NCBI GenBank assembly: GCA_013265495.1
Contig: MU058482.1
Coordinates: 592,962-656,961, forward strand
Direction of reading: 5' to 3'
Length of the DNA: 64,000 nucleotides
DNA from: Vicugna vicugna
Taxonomy: Eukaryota
The notes beneath the pieces were generated by a model. The model made no database searches, was not told where the DNA came from, and was given only the letters and a program-made list of their open reading frames with translations. Below, in pieces: positions 49,821-63,445 of this stretch (positions are counted from its first letter, which is position 1; each line of letters opens with the position of its first letter). The translations under genes were made by a program, and so were the position numbers.

Positions 49821-51211
49821 ACAATTAAATATATGTTTTTCCCTTGTTAATTTATCATTTGACTTATAGGTTCCCAGTCACTGAATCTTAACGGGTAGGG
49901 GAAAAAGTTTCTTCCTCCCCTACATTGCCTTCCCTTGTTCTGTGATTACAAACCCCTTGTTCTGTAATTCCATGTCCCTTCTTCGACGGTGTGAATCCTG
50001 GTTCTTCACAACATTAACCATTGTACTCATTTGTTCATCTTTATAATACATCTAAAATAGTTTGAATGGCTTTGCCCATACCACTGTAATAAACAAGACT
50101 ACTAAAAAAGTTTAGGATGTGTTTGCAATTTTTCCCTCACCCCTACCATACTCTGTGTAAGACTGAAGGTTTACACTTAAACCATAAAAATCAGAAGAAA
50201 GAATAAAATACTGTTGTTTTAATAATAAGTGTGGACTGCAGCAATAGACAACCAGCAGTGTTATTAGCCTTAGGTGGTACTGTGGCATTGAGCTCAAAGT
50301 TATGTCTGTGTACTTTCAGAGCCCACACTTTTATTCACTACATGATGTTCTGCAAGGTCGCAAATGAAGAAGAATAAGTGCGCCTAGAATCAGGAGCAGG
50401 AAGTGATTTAGACTCTGAAATGATAATAGACAAGGAAGCAGGCTGACAAGGGCTAGCCACTGGGCAGGACGGATGGATTACAAGGAACACAACCTAAGAA
50501 GCTGGAAGGTCAGTGAAAGTTCACTGCAAACCTCAGACCGCCCCCCTCTACCCCCAACTCTTTACTCACCATCTAATTTTAAATGCTTTTCTCTGGAAGA
50601 GGACATTCTCTGGAACTTGAGCAATCAGCAGCAGCTCAGAAATGTTAAACAAATACTCCATTGTTCCCCAAGAATTTAAGTCAATAATGATTTTATTCTT
50701 CCAGTGAATAAGGTATACAACTCCAATCATCTGAGCTGGCTGACTAGCATCCAGCTCTGAAATATTCTTTGCAATGGTCTGATCTGAAGCTTCACAATAA
50801 GGCAGCTACCAACTCCTGCCCCCTCCACCAGCCTTGCCTAACAGGGATTAAGTGTTCCCAAACGGGAGTTTAGGAGAAAGGGCAGGACAGGGCTTGAAGG
50901 TGTGCTACTGCTCTGGGTCTGCTCCCTCCCTCTTCCTGGCTACTCTTCTGTGTACCAAACAGAAGGGAGTATGCAAAGGCATCCTTCAGCTGCACTGTTT
51001 TGACGCCTTTTCCTCCAACCTTCATCCACTCCTTTGTTTCCTTTATACAATCTTCTCCATCTTATTTCCCCCAGCAGTGATTTTTAATTCCTTCCTGAAT
51101 TTCAGAATTCCATTTGGTAGATTTTCTTGTTCTCTGAAATACATACTTTGAAATTTCCTTTAGTGAAAGGTTGCTAGTTATAACTCCATTGGGGTGTTTT
51201 TTTTTTTTTTT

Positions 51212-51514
51212 NNNNNNNNNNNNNNNNNNNNNNNNNNNNNNNNNNNNNNNNNNNNNNNNNNNNNNNNNNNNNNNNNNNNNNNNNNNNNNNNNNNNNNNNN
51301 NNNNNNNNNNNNNNNNNNNNNNNNNNNNNNNNNNNNNNNNNNNNNNNNNNNNNNNNNNNNNNNNNNNNNNNNNNNNNNNNNNNNNNNNNNNNNNNNNNNN
51401 NNNNNNNNNNNNNNNNNNNNNNNNNNNNNNNNNNNNNNNNNNNNNNNNNNNNNNNNNNNNNNNNNNNNNNNNNNNNNNNNNNNNNNNNNNNNNNNNNNNN
51501 NNNNNNNNNNNNNN
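51212..51514. other. Assembly gap (303 N) following a poly(T) run
   Basis: Run of N. Confidence 1.
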
Positions 51515-51855
51515 TGTTACCAAAGGAGGACCTAGAAGATGTTTTAGGATTCTTGTTGCTATGGTCTAACATTCAAATGTCAACACTTTTGGACATCTAT
51601 GGACAAAACTTGAAACTCAAAACAGCATAGTCACAAACTTTTGAGGTTAAATAGAAATTGATATCTTACAATGTTTTATTTCTTATTCATGTCTTATGCC
51701 TGATATGTGAAAATAAATGCCCAGTCTGTTGTATTGCTGTTAATCTGGGTTTGAAAACCATTCTATTACTTTCTAGCCTTAACTCCGGCAAGTTACTTAG
51801 CTTCAAGTTATGGTCATCGGTAGATATAATAATGGCGTCTATCATCATATCTCGT

Positions 51856-52341
51856 ATGACCAGGCCACCCAAGAAGTCTGTTCTCTTGCTCGCTGTACGT
51901 CCCCCTGCTCGACCTGCCTCACCTACACCCCACTCACATGACCAACCTTTCCTCTTCATCGTAGAGCCTAATCAGTAAATGCCTACATTTACTTCACCAG
52001 GCCCCAGCTAGTGAGTATTCTAATCTTTAGATCAGAACTGTCTTCACTGTGATAGTTTATCAAAGGGTCATGCTTCTCTACTGGTTACCCTGGTAACTGA
52101 TGAGCCAACCTGACGTCAATTCCCCTTATAAGTGGTAACCTTCCTCCCCACCGGACTGCTGCCGTATCCTGCCTGCGGTTGGTCGCACAAGAAGAGGTGC
52201 TGCTCCACAACCTTGCTTGGGATTTGTAAGACCCCCTATCCACTAAGCCACTGCCGTCTCTGTAACTGACTCCGGGCTCTTTCTTTGGTCTTAAGGTTGG
52301 ACAAGTACAGGGCTTGCAGGCCTGTGGGGGGCAGCCCTACA
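51856..52341 (+). mobile_element. Probable solo LTR
   Basis: TG...CA-bounded ~490 bp segment with LTR-like 3' end (GGACAAGTACAGGGCTTGCAGGCCTGTGGGGGGCAGCCCTACA); family not determined. Confidence 0.5.
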
Positions 52342-53171
52342 GTCTCAGGAGTATTAAATGAAAAATTAAACAGCCACACAGGCCAGTGTCATCCTGGTGT
52401 TCCACTTCATGGCTCCCTTTCCTCATTGCCTGAAACCAGTCACCAAGTTCTGTACATTTCACCCCTCTTATTTCTTTTACTGTCTACCGCATTTCTTTCC
52501 CACTGTTTATTTTAGGTCATCATCATTTCCCCTAGATCATTTTCTGTAATTGCTTCTGGCCCTTCCCTGCTGTCTTCTGCAGCTCCTCTAGGCTCTGACT
52601 CAGCCGGACAGGCACCTCCAGGGCTCCCATGGCCCAATGAGCCACGCCCTCCCTCAACTGCTCATCTGTGATTTGCTGCTACATTTGCCTGCAAAATGCT
52701 TTCCCTCAAAGTTCCTTCACTCCTACTCGTCTTTCCGGTCCCCACTCAGCTGTGACTTACTCTGGGAACCATTTCCGAATTCTGCAGGAGTCAGACTTCC
52801 ACTGCTTTTCCTCTTCTGTGCTCTTAAGCACTAACAGTCTTTGTCAGGTAGTGTTTTAACTTCCTGCTTACTTGTTTATATCTCCCACTAGACGGCAAGG
52901 TCCCTGAGGGCAGGAGCTCTGTCTGATTCACTCTAGGGCAAGCGCTCACTGTATGTAGCGTGAACAAAGGTGATGCCCATACCCCCTCTCTGTCCTGTAT
53001 TTGCACAATTGGTTTTCTGCTCCCAAGGACAAAAAATTCATACCTAAGAAGTTTCATCTTTTATCTGCTGCTTCAGCCTAGCGAGAGCTTTTCCCTCATC
53101 GGTGTAATTTTCTCTCTCTGTCCTGTCTGACATCTGTCTGTCATGCCAGCTACTGTGATGAAATTTTTCCC

Positions 53172-53375
53172 CCCATTTTTTAAATTGAAGTATAGTCAGT
53201 TTACAATGTTGTGTCGATTTCTGGTGTACAGCATAATGTTTCAGTCATACATATACATACATATATTCCTTTTCATATTCTTTTTCACTCTAGGTTACTA
53301 CAAGATATTGAATGTAGTTCCCTGTGCTATACAGTGTTGTTTATCTATTTTATATATAGTAGTTAGTATCTGCAA
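53172..53375 (-). mobile_element. L1 3'-end fragment
   Basis: TTTTAAATTGAAGTATAGTCAGTTTACAATGTTGTGTC...; same type as 55425-55830. Confidence 0.8.
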
Positions 53376-53549
53376 CATCCAAGTCATTTGTAAATACAGT
53401 GAACAAGACAGGTCTGAGGAGGCAGCCCCATGTTACAGCATCACCAGGTCTGGATTAGCCAGTTGGGAAAGCAGCCATTGTATTGAGACTCTTATCTGCT
53501 GAACTAAAAATGCAAAAATATTCCCTGCATTTCCTACCTTGTCAAGAGA

Positions 53550-53930
53550 CAGAAGAAGCAGGGGGGAAACTCAGTATCATGTATGATTTTAGTGAAGGGG
53601 GACGTGCGGTCAAGCACACACTTAGGCAGAGACTTGCTGCTAGTCACGAAGGGCAGATGTCACCGTTACTGATTTTAGTCCTTTTCCAGATATGAGGAGA
53701 TGCAAGAATTTGGGCTCATAAAATCTCTTGAAAATATCTAACTCTCTGAAGGCCTGTTCAGTCAGTTTTCCCAGAGCACAGATCATTCCTGATCTCCACC
53801 CTGAATTCCTTTCATGGAGTGTTGGAGGTCAGCGGCTGCAGCAGCTCGTTCAAGCAGAGTTAGGTGCCAAGTGCCAATGTGATCCAGTCTTTGTAAAGAC
53901 AGATGGCAAGTGCCAATTTTTAGTCAATAC
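53550..53930 (-). mobile_element. Partial LTR, same family as 13658-14131
   Basis: Shared AAACTCAGTAT...CACACTTAGGCAGAG...GCTGCTAGTCACGA...GAAAATATCTAACTCTCTGAAGGCCTGTTCAG. Confidence 0.75.
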
Positions 53931-55424
53931 TACCATCTAATACTCAGAGTCGCATTCATGTTTTTGCTAATTGCCTCAGTATTACTGTTTTTATAGCAAA
54001 AAAATGAAGTTCAGAATAACATGCTGCTTTTAGTTGTCCTGTCTCTATTTTTCTTCAGTCTGGAGCAATTCCTCAGCCTTTTCTTGCCTTTCATGACTTT
54101 GACAGTTATTTTGCAGCGTATCTCTTGATTTGGGTTTGCCTGATGTTTCCTCATGGTTAAATTTAAGTTGTGCGTCTTTCAGAGGAATATCAGGGAAGTG
54201 ACACTGTGCTCTTCTTGTGCCTTTAATGGGAGGCGCATGGCATTTAGACTTGCCCTTTCAACTTACATTATCCACTTTGATCCTTTATTAAGTTAGTGTC
54301 ACCCACGCTTCTCCGGTGTAGTTACTCTTTTCTCCTTTGTGGTTAATAAGTATTGGGGGAGACCGTACTTTGAAACTATGTAAATATCAAACTCTCAGTT
54401 TATTCCTGGATTTATTATATCAGTGTAGCCTCACGGTTTCTCATTTTTTGATAGGTTGTATAATCTGTCACTATCATTATTTACTTTGGTGCTCAAATTG
54501 TCACAGATTTGGCTATTGGGAGCTCCTTAAATTGGTTTCTGTGTCCTTTGACATGTTCTCATCATTCTTTGGGTACTTCCTTGCTTTCTGGTACAAGATG
54601 GTCCAGTCTTATCTTCCGTGCTCCCCACCCTAGCCCTGGGATCAGCCATTTCCTCAAGGAGCCCAAGGAGCCATTTCTCCAAGGTTCTTTTAAGGGTATG
54701 ATATTGAAAAGCCAAGTTCTGGGTGCTAAGGGTGCTAGTCACTATTGAAGTGTTGCTATTCCCAGACTCTCTCAAGGGAAGAGCAGATCAAGGGAATATA
54801 CAAATGTAAATTCACACACACCCCTTTACATCTCTATTTTATATCAGAACTGAAAACCATGACTTCACTCTGTCACCTCCAGTTTCATTCCAACACCACA
54901 CGGTTTCTTCTAGTTTTCTTGTCTTCCACATTTGTAACTCTCATCTCCTAAATGAGAAAACTGGATCCAACTTTTCTTAAAATAATTATTTATTTGATAA
55001 ATCCCTGAAGAGTTCCAGAATGTGTCATGATGGCACGAGGATTATTTTAAATTGAAGATATTTGGGAATCAGCAAACATTGGAAGAGTCTTCCTCTGAGC
55101 TCCCCTTATCTGTAAATACACTGAGGACACTTAATCTTTTCATAGGAAGATAAGAGTTTGTGTATTGTGTGAAAACACACCAAATCCATATTGGGGTAAA
55201 AATCCACTTCTTGCTGGCGTTTGACGGGAATTCAGTAGGATGAGGATGGGGGTGGTAGGTGAGAACTTGCCTCTCCCTTTCTGTGTATCTCTGTTTCTGG
55301 ACTAAGATGTGTGAGTGAGTTGTTTTTCAGTTAGACCAAAGGCAATCGGTGAATAGATCCGTAAAAGCAACTTTGACCCTGTGAAAAACATAAAAGTCTT
55401 AAGAAAACAGATCTTATACTGAGA

Positions 55425-55830
55425 TTTTTTAAACTGAAGTATAGTCAGTTTACAATGTTGTGTCAACTTCTGGTGTACAGCATAATGTTTCAGTCATACG
55501 TATACATACATATATTCATTTTCATATTCTTTTTCATTATAGGTTACTACCGAATATTATAGTCTGTGTTATACAGAAAAAACTTGTTGTTTATCTATTT
55601 TATATATAGTAGTTAGTATAGTAGTTAGTATCTCAAACTCCCAATTTATCCCTTCCCACCCTTTCCCCCCTGGTAACTAAGTTTGTTTTCTATGTCTGTG
55701 AGTCTGTTTTTTTTGGTAAATAAGTTCACTGGTGTCTTTTTTTTGTATTTTGCTTTTTTTGGTTCCACATGTAAGTGATATCATGTAATATTTTTCTTTC
55801 TCTTTCTGGCTTACTTCACTTAGAATGACG
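55425..55830 (-). mobile_element. L1 3'-end fragment
   Basis: TGAAGTATAGTCAGTTTACAATGTTGTGTCAAC ... TTCTGGCTTACTTCACTTAGAATGAC. Confidence 0.8.
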
Positions 55831-56379
55831 ACCCCCTATATTGAGATCTTATATTGCCTTTCTTCCGAGAAGTATTGAGAGGAAGAGCTTTAGAAAAGGG
55901 AAACCCTTTTAAAGAAACAAAATGTTTCAACTGAGGGTGATCTTAGAAATCATCTTTCTTCACTCTTTCATTTCTTGGAAAGCAATAGTGAGGCCCAGAG
56001 AGGTATAGGACTTGGCCACAGTCACATCCTGCTCCACCGACAGAGGTCTGGTGGCCCAGGTCTGGTGGGGGAAACACCCACACTGTTCCTCACACACCTG
56101 TACGCTGGGTGTGGGGTAGCCTCTGCTGCTCAACCATAGCCCTGCTGAGGTCTGCTTCTCTAGCTCATTTATGAGAGATAAAATGGCTTAAAAAAAAAAG
56201 AAAAGGTAGAGTTGAGTTTGGGGCAGAACCAGAAAAGCAGAGCAGGATTAAGGATTAGCCTTTCCAGAGAAGTGAGACCCATATTCAGGGAGCGGAAACT
56301 CAGGCTGGATCAGATTGCCATGTGGGAAAGCATCAGGACTGGTTTTGTTGTTGTTGTTTTAATCAATTTTGGGGGCTGT

Positions 56380-56485
56380 GGGGGCGGTAATTAGGGTTAC
56401 TTATTTATAGAGGAGATCCTGGAGATAGAACCCAGGACCTCATACATGTTAAGTACGTGCTCTACCACTAAGCTATACCCTCCCC
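56380..56485 (-). mobile_element. tRNA-derived SINE (Vic-1-like)
   Basis: GGTAATTAGGGTTACTTATTT...GAACCCAGGACCTCATACATGTTAAGTACGTGCTCTACCACTAAGCTATACCCTCCCC. Confidence 0.85.
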
Positions 56486-59279
56486 TGTTTGATTCAAAGG
56501 GACTGTTTAATTCAGAGCTCAAAAGCACGTCAGCCAGTGGGTCAGGAGGTCAGACTTAGTGACCCCATGAAAGATTCCACTTAAGTACACATGAGGCTTG
56601 TCCCCTAAACTGGAGAAGGCTGGACTCTCTTCACTCAGTATGCCTGCATCAACTTCCCCACCCACACGGTCTGTCCCTTGACCATATCTCCTGCCTGTGG
56701 GAAAAGACTCACAGTTATGCTGGTTGTAAACATCCTAATGATCAGCACCGGGAGGCGGGCAGGAGACGGAAGATGTGTGATCCAAGAAATTTCTAAGCAA
56801 ATGACTTTTCTCAAGACCTTGCTTCCTTGGTGGAACCAGCATGTGATGCCAGCATGTGATGAACCAGCAGAGGGGGCTATTGCTTGGAGTAACCATCCTC
56901 CTGCAGGGTCTCTTCTTCCTAAACAGGCTCCCCATGATCCCCTGTCCCGCACTTCCTCTCCCTGCCTCCTCTCCCCTCACTCCAGCTGCTCCACTGGAAG
57001 TGCCCCTGATTGTACCTCAGTATGAGTCCCCAGTCCCCCAACTCCACTGTGGGGTGGCAGCAAAGCCATCTCTCCTTCTCCCACCACACATCACAGCAGA
57101 AAGAGCTAGAAGAGGAAGAGGTCAATATCACAGGAGGAAATTGCAGCCCTTTGGGTGCCCATCTCGGGGGCGGGTTCCTCTCCCATGGCACACCAGGCAG
57201 CCTGGTGCAGTGAGAACGCTGCCCTGGAAGTCGGGGACCTGAGACTGGTTTCCACTTCCGCTGCCAAGGCGTGGCTGTCTGACCCTGCTCTGGTCCTTAG
57301 TCACCTCGTGTGTGTAATGGGACGCCTGGAAGAAGGTCCCTTCCATTGCTTGTATCCTTCCATTCCTTGAGTTGAAGGCAACTGTCTATCCATATCTTTT
57401 ACAAATTGAAGTCTTTCATATGGCATTCAAGACACTTCTACTCTGGCAAAATAAAAAAAAATTTTTTTTCTGTGTCATCCCCTGCCTCCTCTTAGCCACA
57501 TGGAGAAACTTGTTATTTTCTAAGCACACAGTGCTCTGCCTTGAGCGTCTACTTCTTCTGGCTTTTTTTCTGTCTGCATTGCCTTATCCCACCCCTTAAA
57601 AAAAGAGGAAAAAAAAACCCACATCTATTTATCCTTAAAAGTCCTCCCCAGGGTAACATTTGCTCTGAAACCTTCCCTTATTCCCCCCTCTCCACCCCTT
57701 TCCTCTTGTTACTTCTTAAGAACTCCATCCTCACCTCTGCTGGAGCTCTTACCAAGGTCTGGTTTGTATTACATCTCTAGAGGCTGCTTTTGTTTGGGAG
57801 AATTCTCAGCACTTGGGTCTTAAACTCGATCCTTGATTTAATTGCTCAGCTCTTAGGAGGAGACAAAGCAGGTGGCTCTGGAGGAGACTGCAGATTTGAG
57901 GTTCCCAGATCCCACAGGTGCCTTCTATCTTATCAGCTGTTTTCTTTCATATAAGAGTCTTGGTCAGTAATTAATGCCTCTGTGATAAACCACCAGAAAA
58001 GCTGGCACAAGTGGCTGTCCCTTATGTAAGGGCTGAGGGCTCTGGTGCTTGCTCTAGAGGTGAGTGTGTGTTGGGGGGGTCTTCTAAAATGGATGAAACC
58101 AGGAGACCACTGAACCACCCAGACTGTAAGGTAGTTTTTCTCTAATCAGGAACCGCAAACATCCAAGTCTCTATCATCTCAAACAACCTGAGCAATATCT
58201 GACCTTGATTTAAGAAGACCCAGAGCGGCTCTTGGGGTGAGAAAGGACATATGGAGAACATGGTCTGTCCTTGGGGCTGAGGAAACAGTGACAGTGTCCG
58301 GGAGGCCAGGAGGTGGAGGCGGGAGGGGGGGCCGTCTCTGTGTATTCTGGAGACCAGACTGTTGACTGCACCTGGTGGGCTCACAGGCGACTCAGAGCCA
58401 CCCTCTGGGAAAGTGCAGCCTGTGCCCAGTTGGCCTCAAACATGGGCTCAGGTGTTGGAACCCCTTTCTTTCCAAGTTTGCACTGCTGGGTGGATGAGGG
58501 CGAGATGGGCAAAAAGAGAAATGGGAAGTCTTATATAATGGGAGAAATCAACAGGGACGAAGACCCGCATGGCCTGGAAAACTTTCTGCCCTTTGGTAGT
58601 TGACTTGTCATGTGAGGTGAATTGCTGGGGTGTGGGCAGGAGGCTGAAGTTGGGAGAAGACTGCATGCACAATGTTTCACCAGAGAAGGGGTTTCTCAAC
58701 TGAGGCTGATAAATATATCACTTTGTGACAGGCTTGAGGGGTTGTGCCCTTTGACTCCTAAAAAGACCCCCCGATTACCACCATCCAAAGGGAACTTTGT
58801 CTCCGTGGAGCTAGATCCGGAGAGTCCAGGGTCTGGAGCCTCACTCCTGAAGAGGAGCCAGGAAAGCTGTGCTTAATGTGGGAGGGCGGCAGATGCCCGA
58901 CTGTAGCGAAGAGATTGCGGGGCGTCGGGGGCCCTTGTCACAGCCTGTCTCTAAGCAGGCTCCTTGGGGCCCAGAGCCCACAGGTGTGGCGTAGTTCTAA
59001 TCTTCCTGGGCTGCCTTTGAATTTAAAAGGATTTCAGAGATTCGTTTCCATGCATTCTGTGACGGGGGCAAAAATGCACTTCCTTCACTTTCCCACCTGG
59101 GCCTGGGACCAGGCGCGTCACTGACGCAGCTTTGTGATGTGATGTGGTCTTGGGAGCCTGCCTGGAACACTCGAGTGCATTCCCCTTCCACCCCTCCCAA
59201 GAGTGCAGACGTGGGACCTGGATAGTTCAGCCACACTCAGTGGCAGCAGAGCGGTTGGAAAGAGCTGCAGGAAATCCGA

Positions 59280-59720
59280 TGTTAGCGCATGGAGGGACCC
59301 CTAAATTAGAAAGCTCACCCACCAAAGTGTGGGTCCTTGCCTCCAGCTGTGAAAGAATTGACACAGCAGATGCAGAGGAATGAAGTGGAGAGCCGCTTTA
59401 TTGCTCAGAAGGGGAGATGGAAGGAATGTGCTCCAGCAGAGAGAAGGAAAGAAAGGTCCTGGAGCGGGGAAAGGATGCGCTCCAGCGAGGAGCTGTCACC
59501 CAAGGTGGCCGATAGAGAAGGCTCCAGCTCCTGATGGGGTCATAGGGCCTTTTATTAGAAGGCTCTGCCATCCTTGTCTTCATTCCAGTGTGGTGTTAGT
59601 TATTTTCTGTGACAGGATCCTCCCTCAGACATCAGCCCTGAAACCAAAAGCAATTAGCAGAAACTTCCATGGGAGCAAAGGAGAAGATAGTGGGGTCTGT
59701 CCTTGGATTTTAAGCAGCCA
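59280..59720 (-). mobile_element. Possible LTR remnant
   Basis: TGTTAG start, reverse poly(A) signal TTTATT near 59397 and reverse TATA-like CTTTTATT near 59550; boundaries uncertain. Confidence 0.4.
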
Positions 59721-61229
59721 GCTGTATAAGAGAAGTGCTCTGCCTTTCCATCAGCTGGGCACTTCCTTCCCCTTGGTGTTAGTTAACCAGGGTCAGTACA
59801 CCTGCCGAACCCCCTCTCTCCCTGGCCCTGCACAGTCCTCTCACAAGGGCCTGGGATGCCAGGGGCCTTCATACCTGCCGGAACTCACTGGACATCATCC
59901 CCTGGTTTCTCACTTGCCTGCATCTGGATATCCTCCCCACACACCATCCTCTCCATACTCAAGCTCATCCACAGTCTTGGAGAGATTTTGGGGTGTCAGG
60001 AAATGCATCCCACTATCCCCCCTCCAAATCAATCTATATCCACCCTTATCAAATGAAGTTCTTTAATAAGAAGATGAAAAAATTCTATACTAAACTTGGA
60101 ATAAGGCTTAAAATATATATTCAATTTTCCTGAATTCTAAATTGTTCTGGATTCTTAAGGAGGAAGATAAGGGAACGGAGGGGACAAGGAGCTTCTGCAC
60201 AGATGTGTGGAGGAGATGAGAAGGGGAGGAAGCTCAGAAAGGAGAACTGAGACCTGAAGGCAGAATAGGCCTTTGCAGAAGTTACACCCCTGCCCCTCCG
60301 TGCCCCCCAAATACCCGCAGACCCAGCCTACTTCCTCAGACATGATTGTCTGAGAATCAACTCACAAGTGGGTATGTCCAAAAACTTTCAGTGTCTGAGA
60401 CCAAAGGAAGGAAGGGGAGAGGAAGAGCCCCCAGATGAAGGGAACTGAAGATGGTGATCTCCAGAAGTTAACACAAATTGTAAACCAACTATATTTTAAT
60501 TAAAAAAAAAAAAACATAGTTCTCTGACTCTGCCTTCCTCCCTGCAGTTGCCCAGCTCCACTCTATGACCTCTTATTGATCAGTGTTCACCAGGGAATGG
60601 CCTGAGTTCAGAGAGTCAGGGAAGAGGAGCCTGCGGCCAGGACTGAGCTTTCTACAAGACAGGAAGAGCTAGTGGTGGGAGAAGTGCTGGTCATCATCTC
60701 AGCTTAACCTCCATCCCTGTCATTCCCACTCTCCATACAATCAATCATTAAAAACAATAATCTTACATCTTAGGCTTAGACTCACATGTGGGAAAGCTGC
60801 GTTGTAGGATGTCATCACGGCAGTTCCTTTATCTCACCTCTGTGGTTACCTGAGTTGTGCGGAACCTCGGTGGGAGGAGTCAGGGGCAGCACTGGCTTCA
60901 GATATCTCTTTGGATCCATCCTCCATCCTTCCCTTGCTGCCTCCCCTTTCGATCACTGATCGACTCCTTTGCCTGCCTCCACTTTTCCACCCTTTCCTGT
61001 TCTAATTTTATTCTACTTTCTTATGTTGTGAGTTTGACAAGGAACCCTGGAACACTGTTGTCTGTGTGTGTATGTCTCTGTATGTCTGTGTGTGTGCGTG
61101 TGTTTGTGGGGGCTGTGTTGAGCCTTTGGAGCCAGCCTAATGGCAGAACATCCTTGAGATTTTCTGAACCTTTCTTGTAAAAACATCCTCACCCTCCACC
61201 TACCTTCTTCTTTGCTTTTTCAAAGATCA

Positions 61230-62950
61230 TGTGGAAATGAACAAAACCACTCAGATGGGAACAAAGAAACTCTATGTATTCAGTAAACTTACTATAGAAG
61301 GACGTCAACCACTATCACTTGCGTTTGGCAAAGACTCAAAACCGGAAAAGTGGGAAAGTTCTATGGTGAAAAAAAGGGAAGCTTTCAGAAGGTGTGCCCT
61401 GATTGGAGGCTGTTGGCATGGAGCTGGAGGTGGGCTGCCCAGAAGCCAGACAACTTTGTGATTGATTAGACGTGCATATTTGGCGTTCTCCAGTTGGTCC
61501 TAATTTGAGCCACTGGAGACAAAAATTAGGGAAAGTTTCAGTTATTAATCAAATCGTGCTAACCCAAAGGCCAGCAGCCAACTTGTTTTGCCTCAGGGGT
61601 TCCTGTTTGGCTTTCTGGGCTGGTGTGCTCTGTAGAGTGGGTTGGCTTTCTGGATTTATTGCTGCTGATTGTGGGTCAGAAGTTTATCTTTACGTATAGT
61701 CTCGCCATTGTCTGTTTGTCCATTTAGTCTCTCCAGCCCTCTTTTTGTTTATTCCCTCACTTCCAAGAGGTTGGCCAATTTAGGGAAAGCTAGAATTCCA
61801 GATCTTCATTGCCCAGAAACAGTTTGGTTAACTTCATAGTCAACTGTACTGCAAGATCTTCCTGATCCTTCTATTGTATCATCATGGTGGTCATCTGAGG
61901 AGAGAGCGGCTGTGGAGAAGTATTTAAGATTCTGGATAAAATGCAACAGATCAGTATAATGACCACTCTCACTAAAACAAGAATAATTAATAGTCCCTCT
62001 GAGGTACTTCAAGACCAGGAACCCAACTGGCCAACCCAGGCCAACAGAACAAATCCCACAGACCATGAGGATCAACCTTAGACATCCAAATGTCTTCTTC
62101 TTTAGGGCAATGGATAGCCTGTTAGACTTGCTTATTTCATGGGCAAGTGCTGCAAGAAACATTAGCAATGCCATAGCCATCACCATGTCTGGCCCACAAG
62201 AAATCTAAAGCAATGTGATTGTCCATCACTGCTCATACCGATGAGCTGAGACTGATGTGTATTCCATCTCGGGCAGACGTGGTATCATTCATAACTTCTG
62301 CCAGAGTTAGTGGTAAGTTTCTTAAAGACTTCTTTCTATTTGTAGAATTCTCACTGATGAGAACACTGCCCTGATTATTCAAATAAAAATTGAGCCAGCA
62401 ATTCCCCCAAGTACTGTGCCTGAATAATCCAGAATGGCCCCATATGGATTTGATGCCTAAATTGGAATTTCCAGCCTTGGTGATTTATAGAGTTAGGGTC
62501 TCTGTATACAAACAAATCTTGGAGTACTATTCCTAACATTCATGAGGTATTAGTCTGTGGCAAACAGGACCATGCATCCTGATCCCAAAGGAAGTAGTAT
62601 CCAGCGGGGACACATGGAGATCCAGGAAAAAGGGAGTTGTTCATGCCATGAGGTTAGAACCAAGGCCTTATATCATATGTTTGGATTGCTGCTAGTCTCT
62701 TCCAGGTGTTAAGAGTTGGGCTTATCACCCTACAAAGATTGTTGAGTTCAAATTTAGAATTATCTAGGGTCTGGAAAAGAGATTTTAATAATTGTTTTTT
62801 TGTTTGTTTGTTTTTCCCCTGGGAGAGAAGGACACTAGCAAAATCACCAGCTGAGTTGTTTAGAGTCAGTTGTCCATCTAGATGCAGGTAGAAAAGCCAT
62901 CAGCTATGATTACTTGTGGCGTCATTTGACGGTATCAGAATTTCCTACAG
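61230..62950 (-). mobile_element. Degenerate ERV: 3' LTR (about 61230-61733) plus adjacent internal, possibly env-like, sequence
   Basis: LTR-like segment adjoining a reverse polypurine tract (AGCCCTCTTTTT about 61735-61747) and decayed hydrophobic ORF remnants. Confidence 0.45.
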
Positions 62951-62964
62951 GTTTTTAAAATGTC

Positions 62965-63445
62965 ATGAGTATTTTGACAGGTGTTGCATTGGCTCTGTAG
63001 ATTACTTTGAGTAGGATGGCCATTTTGTTAATATTGATTCTTCCAATCCAAGAGCACAAGATATCTTTCCATTTCTTTGTATCATCTTCAATTTCCTTCA
63101 TCAATGTTATACAATTTGCAGAGTATAAGTAACCTCCTTGGTTAAGTTTATTTCTAGGTATTTTGTTGTTTTTGATGCAATGGAAATGTCTGTACCAGTT
63201 AGAAGATTCTGGTTTTTGCAGTCAAAAAGAAAAGTGGATGAAGGGCTACAAATTGTAAAATATCCTTCTTATGGGTGAGTTGTATTCCATTACATATATA
63301 TGCTGCATCTTCTTTATACTCATCTATTGATGTGCACTTAGGGTGCTTCCATATCTTGGCAATTATAAATAATGTTGCTAAATAAATAAATAAATAAATA
63401 TTGTGGCTTTTAATAGTGGGGTGTATGTATCTTTTTTAATTAATT
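62965..63445 (-). mobile_element. L1 ORF2/3' fragments
   Basis: GCATTGGCTCTGTAGATTACTTTGAGTAGGATGGCCATTTT...TTCTTCCAATCCAAGAGC; CTTCCATATCTTGGCAATTATAAATAATGTTGCT. Confidence 0.75.

Noticed and set aside
51062..51572. ORFs spanning the N run
   Set aside because: Artefacts of the assembly gap
59380..60066. 228-aa ORF
   Set aside because: Overlaps an LTR-like remnant; no recognisable domain or gene structure
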